From Planctomycetota bacterium (GTDB taxonomy: Bacteria > Planctomycetota > Phycisphaerae > Phycisphaerales > SM1A02), in the NCBI GenBank assembly GCA_036339555.1, contig JAYZAT010000006.1, forward strand, positions 65-64,064: DNA of 64,000 nucleotides. Direction: 5' to 3'. The translations under genes were made by a program, and so were the position numbers. The notes under the pieces are model-generated. The model saw only the letters and a list, made by a program, of their open reading frames with translations. It did no database searches and was not told the origin of the DNA. This document shows, one piece after another, positions 29,145 to 37,915 of this stretch. Every line of letters starts with the position of its first letter. Positions within the stretch are counted from its first letter, which is position 1.

Positions 29145-29261
29145 ATGAAAGTTAAAAGTAGTATTCGACGTCGCACCACGGATTGCCAGATCGTGATCCG
29201 CAAGGGCAAGCGTTACATCATCAACAAGAAGAATCCGAGGCTGAAGCAACGGCAGGGTTGA
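29145..29261 (+). CDS. rpmJ: 50S ribosomal protein bL36, cysteine-poor (YkgO-like, zinc-independent) type
   Basis: This gene is absent from the ORF track because it is under 60 aa. My own translation is [38 protein letters not shown], ending at TGA 29259-29261. It sits in the conserved infA-rpmJ-rpsM position. Confidence 0.88.
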   Translation: MKVKSSIRRRTTDCQIVIRKGKRYIINKKNPRLKQRQG

Positions 29262-29304
29262 TACTCGCGTAGCGAGTGTCACCGCCCCGCAAGGAGCGAA
29301 CGAG

Positions 29305-29685
29305 ATGCCACGTATTGCAGGTGTCGATATTCCAGAGCGTAAGAAGGTGCGATATGCCCTTCGGTACATCCATGGGATCGGGCCAAAGTTTGCGGACGAT
29401 ATTCTTGCCGCAGCAGGAGTTGATCCGGACAAACAGGCCGGTGACCTGAGTGAGCCTGATGTCAGCCAGATCTCCAGTGTGATCGATGAGGGCTATATCG
29501 TCGAAGGTGCACTGAAGCGGCAGATGGCTCAGAACATCCAACGGTTGCGCGATATTCGCTCCTACCGTGGCGATCGTCATCGTCGAGGCCTGCCGACCAG
29601 GGGACAACGCACAAAGTGCAATGCCCGTACTCGTAAGGGCCGTAAGAAGACAGTCGCCGGCAAGAAGGGCGTTAAGGGCGGTTGA
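29305..29685 (+). CDS. rpsM: 30S ribosomal protein uS13
   Basis: MPRIAGVDIPERKKV...YRGDRHRRGLP.RGQRTK. Confidence 0.96.
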   Translation: MPRIAGVDIPERKKVRYALRYIHGIGPKFADDILAAAGVDPDKQAGDLSEPDVSQISSVIDEGYIVEGALKRQMAQNIQRLRDIRSYRGDRHRRGLPTRGQRTKCNARTRKGRKKTVAGKKGVKGG

Positions 29686-29772
29686 TTCGGATGGACGTGA
29701 CGTCCATTCATAAACGCGAGGTTCCTGCCCCTTGGGGAGAAGGAACCGTTGAAGCGAGGAATAGAACGAGTT

Positions 29773-30144
29773 ATGAGCAAGAAGAAAGTACGTCGCAACA
29801 TCATCAAGGCCATCGTGCATGTGCACGCCAGCTTTAACAACACGATCGTGACCTTCACGGATGTGAGTGGTGAGACCCTGTGCTGGGACTCTGCTGGAAC
29901 CGTTGGCTTCAAGGGTGCCCGCAAGGCAACGCCGTTTGCCGCTACTCGAGCTGCTGAACGTGCAGCTTCGAAGGCAAAGCGAAGGGGGGTCCGTGAAGTC
30001 GAGGTTCGGATTAAGGGGCCGGGCTCCGGTCGAGAAGCGGCCGTGACGGGACTCGATCACGCTGGACTCAACATCAGTGCCGTCGAAGATCACACGCCAA
30101 TTCCGCACAACGGATGTCGCTCAAGGAAACAGCGCCGCGTTTGA
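29773..30144 (+). CDS. rpsK: 30S ribosomal protein uS11
   Basis: [18 protein letters not shown]......SAG..GFKGARK.TPFAA. Confidence 0.95.
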   Translation: MSKKKVRRNIIKAIVHVHASFNNTIVTFTDVSGETLCWDSAGTVGFKGARKATPFAATRAAERAASKAKRRGVREVEVRIKGPGSGREAAVTGLDHAGLNISAVEDHTPIPHNGCRSRKQRRV

Positions 30145-30160
30145 TAGAAATGACATGATC

Positions 30161-30179
30161 GGTCGGCGTGTTGCCGACC
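30161..30179 (+). promoter_or_regulatory. Perfect 7-bp hairpin 17 nt after the rpsK stop
   Basis: GGTCGGC, loop gtgtt, then GCCGACC, with no U-tract. It lies in the 138-nt rpsK-rpoA spacer, where rpsD sits in many bacteria. Confidence 0.3.
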
Positions 30180-30282
30180 ACCCGACCGGATACAGATGGC
30201 GAACCCCATGCGGTGGCAGGGTTGAGCCGGGACACCGGAAGGGCCCTCAGGGAAACAAGCCCACCGGATTGGAACAAGAGAC

Positions 30283-31311
30283 ATGCATATTCGCTGGAGA
30301 GGACTGGAACTACCTGCTCGTGTCGACCTGGACCCGAGCTCCCGTACGGAAACGTTCGGGCGCTTCATCGTGGAACCATTCGAACGCGGATTTGGTACGA
30401 CTGTTGGCAACAGCCTGCGGCGTATCCTGCTCAGCAGTATCGAGGGTGCCGCGATTACGAGCATCACCATCAAGGGTGTCGAGCATGAGTTCACGACAAT
30501 GCCTGGTGTCATGGAGGATGTCACAGACCTGATCCTGAACCTCAAGGGTGTGGTCGTGAGTCTCGATGGCGAGGTCAACGAGGCCCGCACGATGCGACTC
30601 TCTGCCAATGGCCCCGGTGAAGTAACAGCAGATTTGATTGAGGCAGATCCCAGCATCACGATTCACAATCCTGATCATGTGATTGCCACCTTGACCGACA
30701 AAGTCTCTCTGGAGATTGAACTCACCGTCATGCGTGGTCGTGGCTATGAGCCGGCTTCCGAGAAGTACATGCGGGGTAGCGAAGACCAAGTGATCGGTGA
30801 GATCCCAATGGACTCCGTGTTTAGCCCTGTCCAGCGTGTTCGGTATCGCGTTGAGGATACGCGTGTTGGCCAGAAGACAAACTATGACCGTTTGGTGCTG
30901 GATGTTTGGACAGACGGAACCGTGTCCCCCGACATGGCACTCGTTGAGGCGGCCAAGATCCTTCGTAAGCACCTTAATCCTTTCGTCCAGGTGGGCGAAA
31001 TTGGAACGATGGTCGTTTCTGAGGAAGCGGCAGCCGTAGCCGCCGTAGACGAAGAGTTGATCAACAAGCTGAATATGTCGGTTATGGATCTCGATCTCAC
31101 CGTCCGGGCAAATAACTGCCTCGAGACGGCCGAAATCCAAACAGTGGCCGAACTGGTCATTAAGGATGAGCCCTCTCTCCTGGCCGTGCGAAGTTTCGGC
31201 AAGACCTCCCTTCGTGAAGTGAAAAAGAAGCTTGAAGATCTCGGCTTGTCCTTGGGCATGCAATTGCCCGAGGGGTACCAAGCGCCGGAGCAGATGAATT
31301 TGCCGTCGTGA
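30283..31311 (+). CDS. rpoA: DNA-directed RNA polymerase subunit alpha
   Basis: FGRFIVEPFERGFGTTVGNSLRRILLSS and a C-terminal domain with VRANNCLE...ELV. Confidence 0.97.
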   Translation: MHIRWRGLELPARVDLDPSSRTETFGRFIVEPFERGFGTTVGNSLRRILLSSIEGAAITSITIKGVEHEFTTMPGVMEDVTDLILNLKGVVVSLDGEVNEARTMRLSANGPGEVTADLIEADPSITIHNPDHVIATLTDKVSLEIELTVMRGRGYEPASEKYMRGSEDQVIGEIPMDSVFSPVQRVRYRVEDTRVGQKTNYDRLVLDVWTDGTVSPDMALVEAAKILRKHLNPFVQVGEIGTMVVSEEAAAVAAVDEELINKLNMSVMDLDLTVRANNCLETAEIQTVAELVIKDEPSLLAVRSFGKTSLREVKKKLEDLGLSLGMQLPEGYQAPEQMNLPS

Positions 31312-31358
31312 CGGCGTCATGATTCCGGGCGGTGACGCCTTGAATCGGGAGCAGGACC

Positions 31359-32108
31359 ATGCGTAATCGAATCAATGGAAAACAGTTGAGCAGAACCACC
31401 GCCCATAGGCGTGCGATGCTCCGTAATCTCGCAGCTGGCCTCTTTGAGCACGGGCAGATTGAGACAACGAAGCCCAAGGCCAAGGCCGTTCAGCCGTATG
31501 TTGAAAAGATCATCACCCTGGCTAAGCGGGGAACCCTGCATGCCCGGCGCCAGATTGAATCGACGCTGACGGACCGCATGATTCACAGCTGGGTTGCTGA
31601 TCCCAACGTACGTGATTCTGCTAAGCAGAATAGTTACTTTGATCTTCCCGATGCGGATGAAATTAAGTTCACTCGCTACGGGGATGTCAAGAAATCACCT
31701 CGCCTTGTTCAACACGTACTCACCAAGGTGGCACCTCGGTACACAGATCGTGATGGGGGATACACCCGCATCGTGAGCACGGGACGCCACCGCCTTGGTG
31801 ATGGGGCAGATCTTGTTCTCCTCCAGCTTGTGGGTGAGGAAAGTGGCCCTGAGATCGGTGGCGGCACGTCTGGTCGACGTCGACAGGCGGACAAGCGAAC
31901 GGCATTCGCCAAGAAATTGGGTGGTGATCGTGGTGGTGATACGACTGCCGTTGCCGAGCCCGAGGAGGCGGTTGTCGACGAAGCGCCCGTGGAAGAAGCA
32001 GTTGTCGAGGACACTGCTGAGACCGAGGAGACGCCTGTTGCTGAGACGGAAGAGGCCTCGACTGAAGCGGCTGATTCGGATGACTCGGAGGAAGAGAAGA
32101 AGGACTGA
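31359..32108 (+). CDS. rplQ: 50S ribosomal protein bL17 with an internal insertion and a long acidic C-terminal extension
   Basis: N-terminal GKQLSRTTAHRRAMLRNLAAGLFEHGQIETT. At 249 aa it is roughly twice the usual bL17 length. The tail is rich in E, A, V and T. Confidence 0.93.
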   Translation: MRNRINGKQLSRTTAHRRAMLRNLAAGLFEHGQIETTKPKAKAVQPYVEKIITLAKRGTLHARRQIESTLTDRMIHSWVADPNVRDSAKQNSYFDLPDADEIKFTRYGDVKKSPRLVQHVLTKVAPRYTDRDGGYTRIVSTGRHRLGDGADLVLLQLVGEESGPEIGGGTSGRRRQADKRTAFAKKLGGDRGGDTTAVAEPEEAVVDEAPVEEAVVEDTAETEETPVAETEEASTEAADSDDSEEEKKD

Positions 32109-32133
32109 TCTTCCGTGGTTTCATGAGATTACC

Positions 32134-32164
32134 ATCACCCCTCCCACCTCGTGGGAGGGGTGAT
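32134..32164 (+). terminator. Strong hairpin terminating the ribosomal super-operon
   Basis: Perfect 14-bp stem ATCACCCCTCCCAC, loop ctc, then GTGGGAGGGGTGAT, 26 nt after the rplQ stop and followed by TGCTTTCCC. Confidence 0.7.
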
Positions 32165-32231
32165 TGCTTTCCCAGGTGTGATGCTTGAGAGAACCCTGTC
32201 TGCTGCTCGCGAGATACACTGTTTCCCGTTC

Positions 32232-33209
32232 ATGATCTCAACCATCGACAGCATCGAATCCGAAGCCCTTGAGGCTCTCCAGCAAGCTGCTGACAAGGCA
32301 TCCTTGGAGCAGTGGCGTATTGCCTGGCTGGGAAGCAAGGGGCGGTTGAAGTCATTGATGGCGGACATGAAAACCTGTGCGCCGGAAGATCGTCCTGCGT
32401 ATGGGCAACGAATGAATGCGCTTAAGAAATCACTGGAAGCAGCATTCAAGGCGCATGGGTCAGAGGCTCCGGCACTCAGTGGACCTCCGTTGGATATCAC
32501 CGAGCCAGGACTGCCCGCTGGATTGGGTCGCCAGCACATTTTGTCACGGACCGTTGAGGAGATCATCGACGTTTTTAGCCGCATGGGATTCACGGTCGCC
32601 GAGGGGCCTGAAGTTGAGAACGAGTGGTACAACTTCGAGGCGCTGAATATGCCCGAGTCGCATCCCGCTCGAGAGCACAGCGATAACTTCTTCCTCGAGG
32701 GCGGGGGCATGCTTCGCACCCAGACGTCCACGGTTCAGATCCGCGTCATGGAGAACACGGCCCCGCCCATTCGGGTCATCTCACCCGGGCGCGTGTACCG
32801 ACCCGATACCCATGATGCAACGCACTACAGCATGTTTCACCAGGTCGAAGGACTCTACGTCGATCGCGGAGTCACGCTTGTTGATCTGAAATCCACCTTG
32901 TTTCACTTTGCTCGGACATTCTTTGGTCCAGAAGCGGATCTCAGAATGAGGCCGAGTTTCTTTCCCTTCACCGAACCCTCCGCTGAGGTCGATATGAGGA
33001 TGCCGATCAAAGGCCGAATGCAATGGGTCGAGTTGGGGGGTTGTGGAATGGTCGACCCAAACGTCTTCAAGGCCGTCGGATACGATCCCGACAAGTGGAC
33101 TGGTTTCGCGTTTGGATTGGGCATCGAGCGTATCGCCATGCGCAAATATGGCATCCCCGATATTCGATGGCTCTTTGAAAATGATGCCCGCTTCTTGCGT
33201 CAATTCTGA
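32232..33209 (+). CDS. pheS: Phenylalanyl-tRNA synthetase alpha subunit
   Basis: HPAREHSDNFF, FFPFTEPSAEVD and GCGMVDPNV motifs. The start is trimmed to MISTIDSIE. Confidence 0.95.
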   Translation: MISTIDSIESEALEALQQAADKASLEQWRIAWLGSKGRLKSLMADMKTCAPEDRPAYGQRMNALKKSLEAAFKAHGSEAPALSGPPLDITEPGLPAGLGRQHILSRTVEEIIDVFSRMGFTVAEGPEVENEWYNFEALNMPESHPAREHSDNFFLEGGGMLRTQTSTVQIRVMENTAPPIRVISPGRVYRPDTHDATHYSMFHQVEGLYVDRGVTLVDLKSTLFHFARTFFGPEADLRMRPSFFPFTEPSAEVDMRMPIKGRMQWVELGGCGMVDPNVFKAVGYDPDKWTGFAFGLGIERIAMRKYGIPDIRWLFENDARFLRQF

Positions 33210-33235
33210 GCAGTGATGCACAAGGACGAATACCA

Positions 33236-34042
33236 ATGATGACGCTTCGACGATCTCTTGACCAGAGTGATCATGGCGGTATGTCGCCGGTCCAAACTGA
33301 TCATCAGCCACCAAGCCTTCAGGCAGTGAGCCGGTGGCCTGGCGTGATTGGCACGATCTCAATCGTCTTCGCGGTGCTTGGGATCATGTGCTGGGGTTGC
33401 AGTTCAGGATCTTCCATCTTGCAGTTGGTAGCTCCTGAATTAATGGCTGAGTTCAGCCAGATTGAGTACCAGCAGGAGACAGTGCCTTCAGACAAGATGG
33501 AAACCGGTGAGGATGAGCCAGTTGCGAATACCCAAGATCCGTTGATGTCCGGAGAGGAAGCAACTGAGGAGCAGAATGCCGTCGACTTCAAGGTCACGAC
33601 AAATACTCCGCTCTCGACGGAGCACATGGTCCTGGACGCCATCTCGAACGTGGTATCGCTCGGCATGTCCATCTGGTTACTGTGTGCAGGGGTTGGCTTG
33701 ATCCGACGCAAAGCTTGGTCAGTACCCTCCTTGGTGGCTTGGTCATGGATTCGGATTCTGGTCGCCATTGGCTGGTTCATCGTGGTATGGCTGTCACTGG
33801 ATGGCGCACTCAATGCCATGGTCACTCAAATGCAAGCACAGTCGATGAAGGAAGGGCAGGAGATTCCTCTCTCGATGGAGATGATGAGGACTATTGTCGT
33901 TATCACCATTGTTGCCATGGGACTCATACTGATCGCTTGGCCCGTGTTCCTGCTCTTCTTCCTTGGTCGTCAACACATTCGTGACGAAGCGGCGGCGTGG
34001 GGCGGTGGTCAGTTGCCTTCATCTGAATGGGGCGGCGCATGA
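33236..34042 (+). CDS. Hypothetical membrane protein (about 4 TM segments, acidic loop)
   Basis: Hydrophobic segments flank an acidic loop. Its stop overlaps the tyrS ATG (ATGA). Confidence 0.55.
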   Translation: MMTLRRSLDQSDHGGMSPVQTDHQPPSLQAVSRWPGVIGTISIVFAVLGIMCWGCSSGSSILQLVAPELMAEFSQIEYQQETVPSDKMETGEDEPVANTQDPLMSGEEATEEQNAVDFKVTTNTPLSTEHMVLDAISNVVSLGMSIWLLCAGVGLIRRKAWSVPSLVAWSWIRILVAIGWFIVVWLSLDGALNAMVTQMQAQSMKEGQEIPLSMEMMRTIVVITIVAMGLILIAWPVFLLFFLGRQHIRDEAAAWGGGQLPSSEWGGA

Positions 34043-35352
34043 GCCAGGGGCTTCTCGAGGAACTCCATTGGCGTGGCCTGGTTCACCAGACGACGGCGGA
34101 TGATGAACTCCCAGGTTTCCTGAATGGCGCATCGCGGGCGGGTTACTGCGGATTCGATCCAACCAATGACAGCCTCACGATTGGCAATCTCATGCCGATC
34201 ATGTTGCTCGGCCACCTGCAGCGTCATGGTCATACACCCATCGTCCTGATGGGGGGTGGGACCGGTCTTATTGGGGATCCATCGGGCAAAGACGCAGAAC
34301 GCACTTTGCTGAGCAAAGAGCAGGTCGACGCCAATATCGCCGCTTGTAGCCGTGTTTTTGAACGTGTCCTTGATTTCGATTCGGCGAGTCCCAATGCAGC
34401 CGTGCTGGTTAATCACGTCGATTGGTTGGGTGAACTGGGGTACCTCGAGGTACTTCGAGATGTTGGCAAGCATTTTTCAGTTAATGCAATGATCCAAAAG
34501 GATTCCGTGCGTGATCGCCTTGAGAACCGCGAACAGGGTATTTCCTACACGGAATTCTCCTACATGCTTCTCCAGGCCTACGACTTCTTGCACCTGCGTC
34601 GGACCATGGATTGCACGCTTCAGATCGCAGGTTCGGATCAGTATGGCAACATCGTCTGCGGGATCGATCTCATTCGGCGGGACATGATCGACCATCCCGA
34701 GACTGAGCCACGTGGTTATGGCATTACAGGTCCACTGGTGACCAAGGCAGACGGCACCAAGTTTGGAAAATCTGAAGCCGGTGCAATCTGGCTCTCGGCA
34801 GAGCGCACCAGCCCCTGGGCATTCCACCAGTTCTGGCTCAACGCCTCAGATGAAGATACAGGCAAATATCTTCGCTTCTACACCTTCCTGGATCGCGAGG
34901 AGATCGAGGAGGTGGAACGGCGCCATGCCGAGCAGCCTCACGAGCGACTGGCTCAGCGTACCTTGGCGAATGAAGTGACTCGAATGATGCCTGGCCAGGA
35001 TGAAGTGGATCGAGCTGAATCGGCTGCGGCAGCACTCTTTGGCGGGGATATTCGAACCCTGGATGATCGACAGTTAGATGATGTCTTCGCCGATGTCCCA
35101 CACTCTTCGCACTCCAGCGTTCAATTAGGTGATGGCGTGCTCCTGGTGGATTTCTTGCCAGAGACAAGCTTGGCAGGATCCAAACGAGAGGCACGTGAGT
35201 TCCTAAAAAATGGCTCGATCGCGATCAACGGGGAGCGGGTCGAGGGGGCAGATGCTCTGGATCGCAGAATAGAGACAACTGATCTGCTCCATGGGCACAC
35301 CATTCTCTTGCGACGGGGCAAGAAGGCTTGGCACGCTACCAAGTGGACATGA
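34039..35352 (+). CDS. tyrS: Tyrosyl-tRNA synthetase
   Basis: GFDPTNDSLTIGNL (HIGH region), KFGKSE (KMSKS) and a C-terminal S4-like domain. Confidence 0.95.
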   Translation: MSQGLLEELHWRGLVHQTTADDELPGFLNGASRAGYCGFDPTNDSLTIGNLMPIMLLGHLQRHGHTPIVLMGGGTGLIGDPSGKDAERTLLSKEQVDANIAACSRVFERVLDFDSASPNAAVLVNHVDWLGELGYLEVLRDVGKHFSVNAMIQKDSVRDRLENREQGISYTEFSYMLLQAYDFLHLRRTMDCTLQIAGSDQYGNIVCGIDLIRRDMIDHPETEPRGYGITGPLVTKADGTKFGKSEAGAIWLSAERTSPWAFHQFWLNASDEDTGKYLRFYTFLDREEIEEVERRHAEQPHERLAQRTLANEVTRMMPGQDEVDRAESAAAALFGGDIRTLDDRQLDDVFADVPHSSHSSVQLGDGVLLVDFLPETSLAGSKREAREFLKNGSIAINGERVEGADALDRRIETTDLLHGHTILLRRGKKAWHATKWT

Positions 35353-35417
35353 CTCGACGAGATCACGTACGGGTGATTCCCTGGAGGGTCGATTGTTGCG
35401 GGGGTTGATTGTCCCGA

Positions 35418-36428
35418 TCACTCAGTGGGTGCCGCACGCGAAGTGATTTCCAGCTTGACCTCTGGATGGGCCTCACCGGCCACGGTTGCGTTGACCACTT
35501 CTCCGGTTCCGTCGCGGCAGAGCACGGTGAAGTAGGCCACGGGTTTGCTTTCCAGGCGACGTTCCTTGTCGTTCGTACTCAGGTAGACGACAGCGAATAC
35601 CTGACACTCGTCCTGTTCCAGTTGGGCCACGATGTCTGCATTGGCCTCTACCTGGACATCATGGAGGAACTGCTCTGGGAGCTTCACGAGATACTCGCCA
35701 AAGTCTTCTGGAGCACTGTTGACTTGTATTCGAACTCGTTCGACGGGGATGGTCTTGACGCGTGAAACCAATCGGAACGTGACTTCCACCTTGGGCGGAT
35801 TAAAGGTCGCCGAATCAAAGGTCCCGAGATCACGTGGAAGTCGAACGGTCTCCTCAAGCGTGTGCAGTCCAGGAACCAACTGTTCAACGATAGCCCGATC
35901 GACTTCTGCGTCCACGATCAATGGCTTGGGAAGTCGATTCGCTTCAGTCGCCAGGAGCGTGACCTCGACATCTTGGTTGACCTGGACGTTCTCAACGGTT
36001 GACCCAGGCGGCAGGAGTGCTCGAACGGTGGCCGTCAGGGTCACCAGTTCCTCAACCTGAACATCCGTGTAATTCGGATCGGCAGAAATGATCGAGGCAC
36101 CGGTTTCACGGATGCTGTCGAGATCCATGATGGCGCCGCCCAGGTCATCGATCTGTTGCAACCCTCCCTGGCCCGAGATCGGGAATTGGATCACATCCCG
36201 AAGTCGACGGGTCATACGTTGGAGGGCTTCAGGAGGCCCTTCGAAACCAAGTTCCACGTTGATTCGCTGCGGTGCGACAAGGAACTGCCCTTGGCCAGGT
36301 GGCATGAACTCGATGGTTGCGGTCATGGTCGAGGTTTCGCGGGTATTGACCTCCGCGATCATCCAGATCAAAACCGTTACGAATGTCACGATCAGGATCG
36401 TCAAGATGTCAATGCCACGCCACTTCAT
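35418..36428 (-). CDS. cdaR: YbbR-domain protein, CdaA regulator-like
   Basis: N-terminal TM anchor (MKWRGIDILTILIVTFVTVLIW) followed by repetitive beta-rich domains, immediately downstream of cdaA. The start is trimmed from the 446-aa track ORF. Confidence 0.65.
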   Translation of the reverse strand: MKWRGIDILTILIVTFVTVLIWMIAEVNTRETSTMTATIEFMPPGQGQFLVAPQRINVELGFEGPPEALQRMTRRLRDVIQFPISGQGGLQQIDDLGGAIMDLDSIRETGASIISADPNYTDVQVEELVTLTATVRALLPPGSTVENVQVNQDVEVTLLATEANRLPKPLIVDAEVDRAIVEQLVPGLHTLEETVRLPRDLGTFDSATFNPPKVEVTFRLVSRVKTIPVERVRIQVNSAPEDFGEYLVKLPEQFLHDVQVEANADIVAQLEQDECQVFAVVYLSTNDKERRLESKPVAYFTVLCRDGTGEVVNATVAGEAHPEVKLEITSRAAPTE

Positions 36429-36432
36429 CGAA

Positions 36433-37299
36433 TCAGGACTCCGCAGCCGGCCTGGCTTCGGCTTGTGCACCCTCATCGGTTGCGGGTGTTGCCGTAGTGG
36501 GTTGGATGGTATCCCCGGTCTGCATCTCGAGGGTCTGTCTGAGCACAGCCGTGAACCGTTCTCGTGGAATCGGACTTTCCAATCTGCCGTCGACGGCGAT
36601 CGAGGTAATCCCGGTTTCCTCGCTGACGATGACAACAACACAGTCGCTTTCAGCAGCGAGGCCGACAGCTGCACGGTGCCTTGAACCATATCGCGCAGGG
36701 AGACTGCCCTCTTCCACCAGTGGGAACTGAACGCCGGCGGCCAGGATTCGATCTTCACGGATCACCACACCGAGGTCATGCAGTGGGCTGTTGGGCCAGA
36801 AGATGGATTGAAGAAGGCGTGCACTGAGTTTCGCATCCAGCATCTGGCCACCCTCGACCAGGCCACCGAGTCGGATGCTGCGTTCAATGGCAATCAGTGC
36901 ACCGAACTGGTTGCGACCAAGGAAATCGACAGCCTCCCCGATCGATTCCACGAAATCCTTGCCTTGCTCGCGGCCGAAACGCAGAAATCGTGTCTGTCCA
37001 ATTCGGATGGCGGCCTGTCGAAGTTCCGGTTGGAAGATCACGATCAACAGAATCGCCACGATCTGGAAACCCCAGTTGAAGATGACCTTGAGCCGCCCAA
37101 ACGACTCGGTGCTGAAATTGATGGCATAGAGAAGCAGGAGGAACAGGCTTCCGATGAAGAGGCCCTTGACGACGCCCAGGCCCCGTGTCCCCCTGAGAAA
37201 GCGAAATACCAGAAATACGAGGAGCCAGATCAATCCCAGCTCGATAACGAGCTCACACCACACGTAGCTTTGAAAAGCTGAGAATGAAAAGTCGAGCAT
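36433..37299 (-). CDS. cdaA: Diadenylate cyclase CdaA (DisA_N/DAC domain, 3 N-terminal TM helices)
   Basis: GALIAIER, HDLGVVIR, and GSRHRAAVGLAAESDCVVVIVSEETGITS carrying the RHR motif. Confidence 0.9.
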   Translation of the reverse strand: MLDFSFSAFQSYVWCELVIELGLIWLLVFLVFRFLRGTRGLGVVKGLFIGSLFLLLLYAINFSTESFGRLKVIFNWGFQIVAILLIVIFQPELRQAAIRIGQTRFLRFGREQGKDFVESIGEAVDFLGRNQFGALIAIERSIRLGGLVEGGQMLDAKLSARLLQSIFWPNSPLHDLGVVIREDRILAAGVQFPLVEEGSLPARYGSRHRAAVGLAAESDCVVVIVSEETGITSIAVDGRLESPIPRERFTAVLRQTLEMQTGDTIQPTTATPATDEGAQAEARPAAES

Positions 37300-37400
37300 G
37301 GACGAGCGGACCTCCGGGTCTGATCCACATGAAGTATACCCCGCGCGGGCATCGGGCCCCGGACTGTGCAGCGTCTCTCCCAACGGCGTAGGATCTCGTG

Positions 37401-37913
37401 ATGATCGAAGGACGCTATCCAGTCACCCGCTCGACGGGCCGATGCGCAGCACGGGATGTTGAGCTGGAAGCCGGTTCGACCTGCATGGCGACCCTGTGCG
37501 ACACCGGCGAAGAGGGTCTCAAGCGGTTGGATTATTCCCTAGAGGCCTGGGGAGAGGACCCCCGGCCCGAGGGCCTCTTCAGCTTCTGGCGGACCACCGT
37601 GCCGGAAGAAGGTGCCCGCAAGAAGCAGGTCATTGACGAGACTGTCCTCTTGACTATTTTCGAGCAACTTGCCGACGACGATCAACCGAGGCGTGTTGCC
37701 CTCCGGTTCGTCCTCGCCTTGATCCTGATGCGAAAGCGGCTCCTTCGATTCATGGGACGCGTTGAAGAAGAAGGCATCGTGACTTGGCGGATGCGGCCAC
37801 GGGGTTCGACGCCAGAGGCGCCCCTTGTGGAAGTGATTGACCCAGGGCTTGGCGATGATGATGTCCTGGCGTTGAGCGAGCAACTTGCCGAGGTCTTGGA
37901 ATCCGATTTGTAG
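37401..37913 (+). CDS. Hypothetical cytoplasmic protein
   Basis: 170-aa ORF divergent from cdaA, with a 2-nt gap to the next gene. No recognised motif. Confidence 0.5.
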   Translation: MIEGRYPVTRSTGRCAARDVELEAGSTCMATLCDTGEEGLKRLDYSLEAWGEDPRPEGLFSFWRTTVPEEGARKKQVIDETVLLTIFEQLADDDQPRRVALRFVLALILMRKRLLRFMGRVEEEGIVTWRMRPRGSTPEAPLVEVIDPGLGDDDVLALSEQLAEVLESDL

Positions 37914-37915
37914 CC

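Noticed and set aside
30310-31320. 336-aa ORF exactly antisense to rpoA. Similar long antisense ORFs occur at 29221-30108 (over rpsM and rpsK), 21668-22312 (over rpsC), 25438-26016 (over rplF), 49038-49592 (over fliG), 51308-51874 (over fliI) and 52013-52816.
   Set aside because: These are shadow ORFs in the stop-poor antisense frame of strongly codon-biased genes. Their translations are low-complexity and Arg/Ser/Pro/Gly-rich, with no motifs, and each is fully contained within a confidently identified gene. A formal test would be codon-usage or ribosome-profiling analysis.
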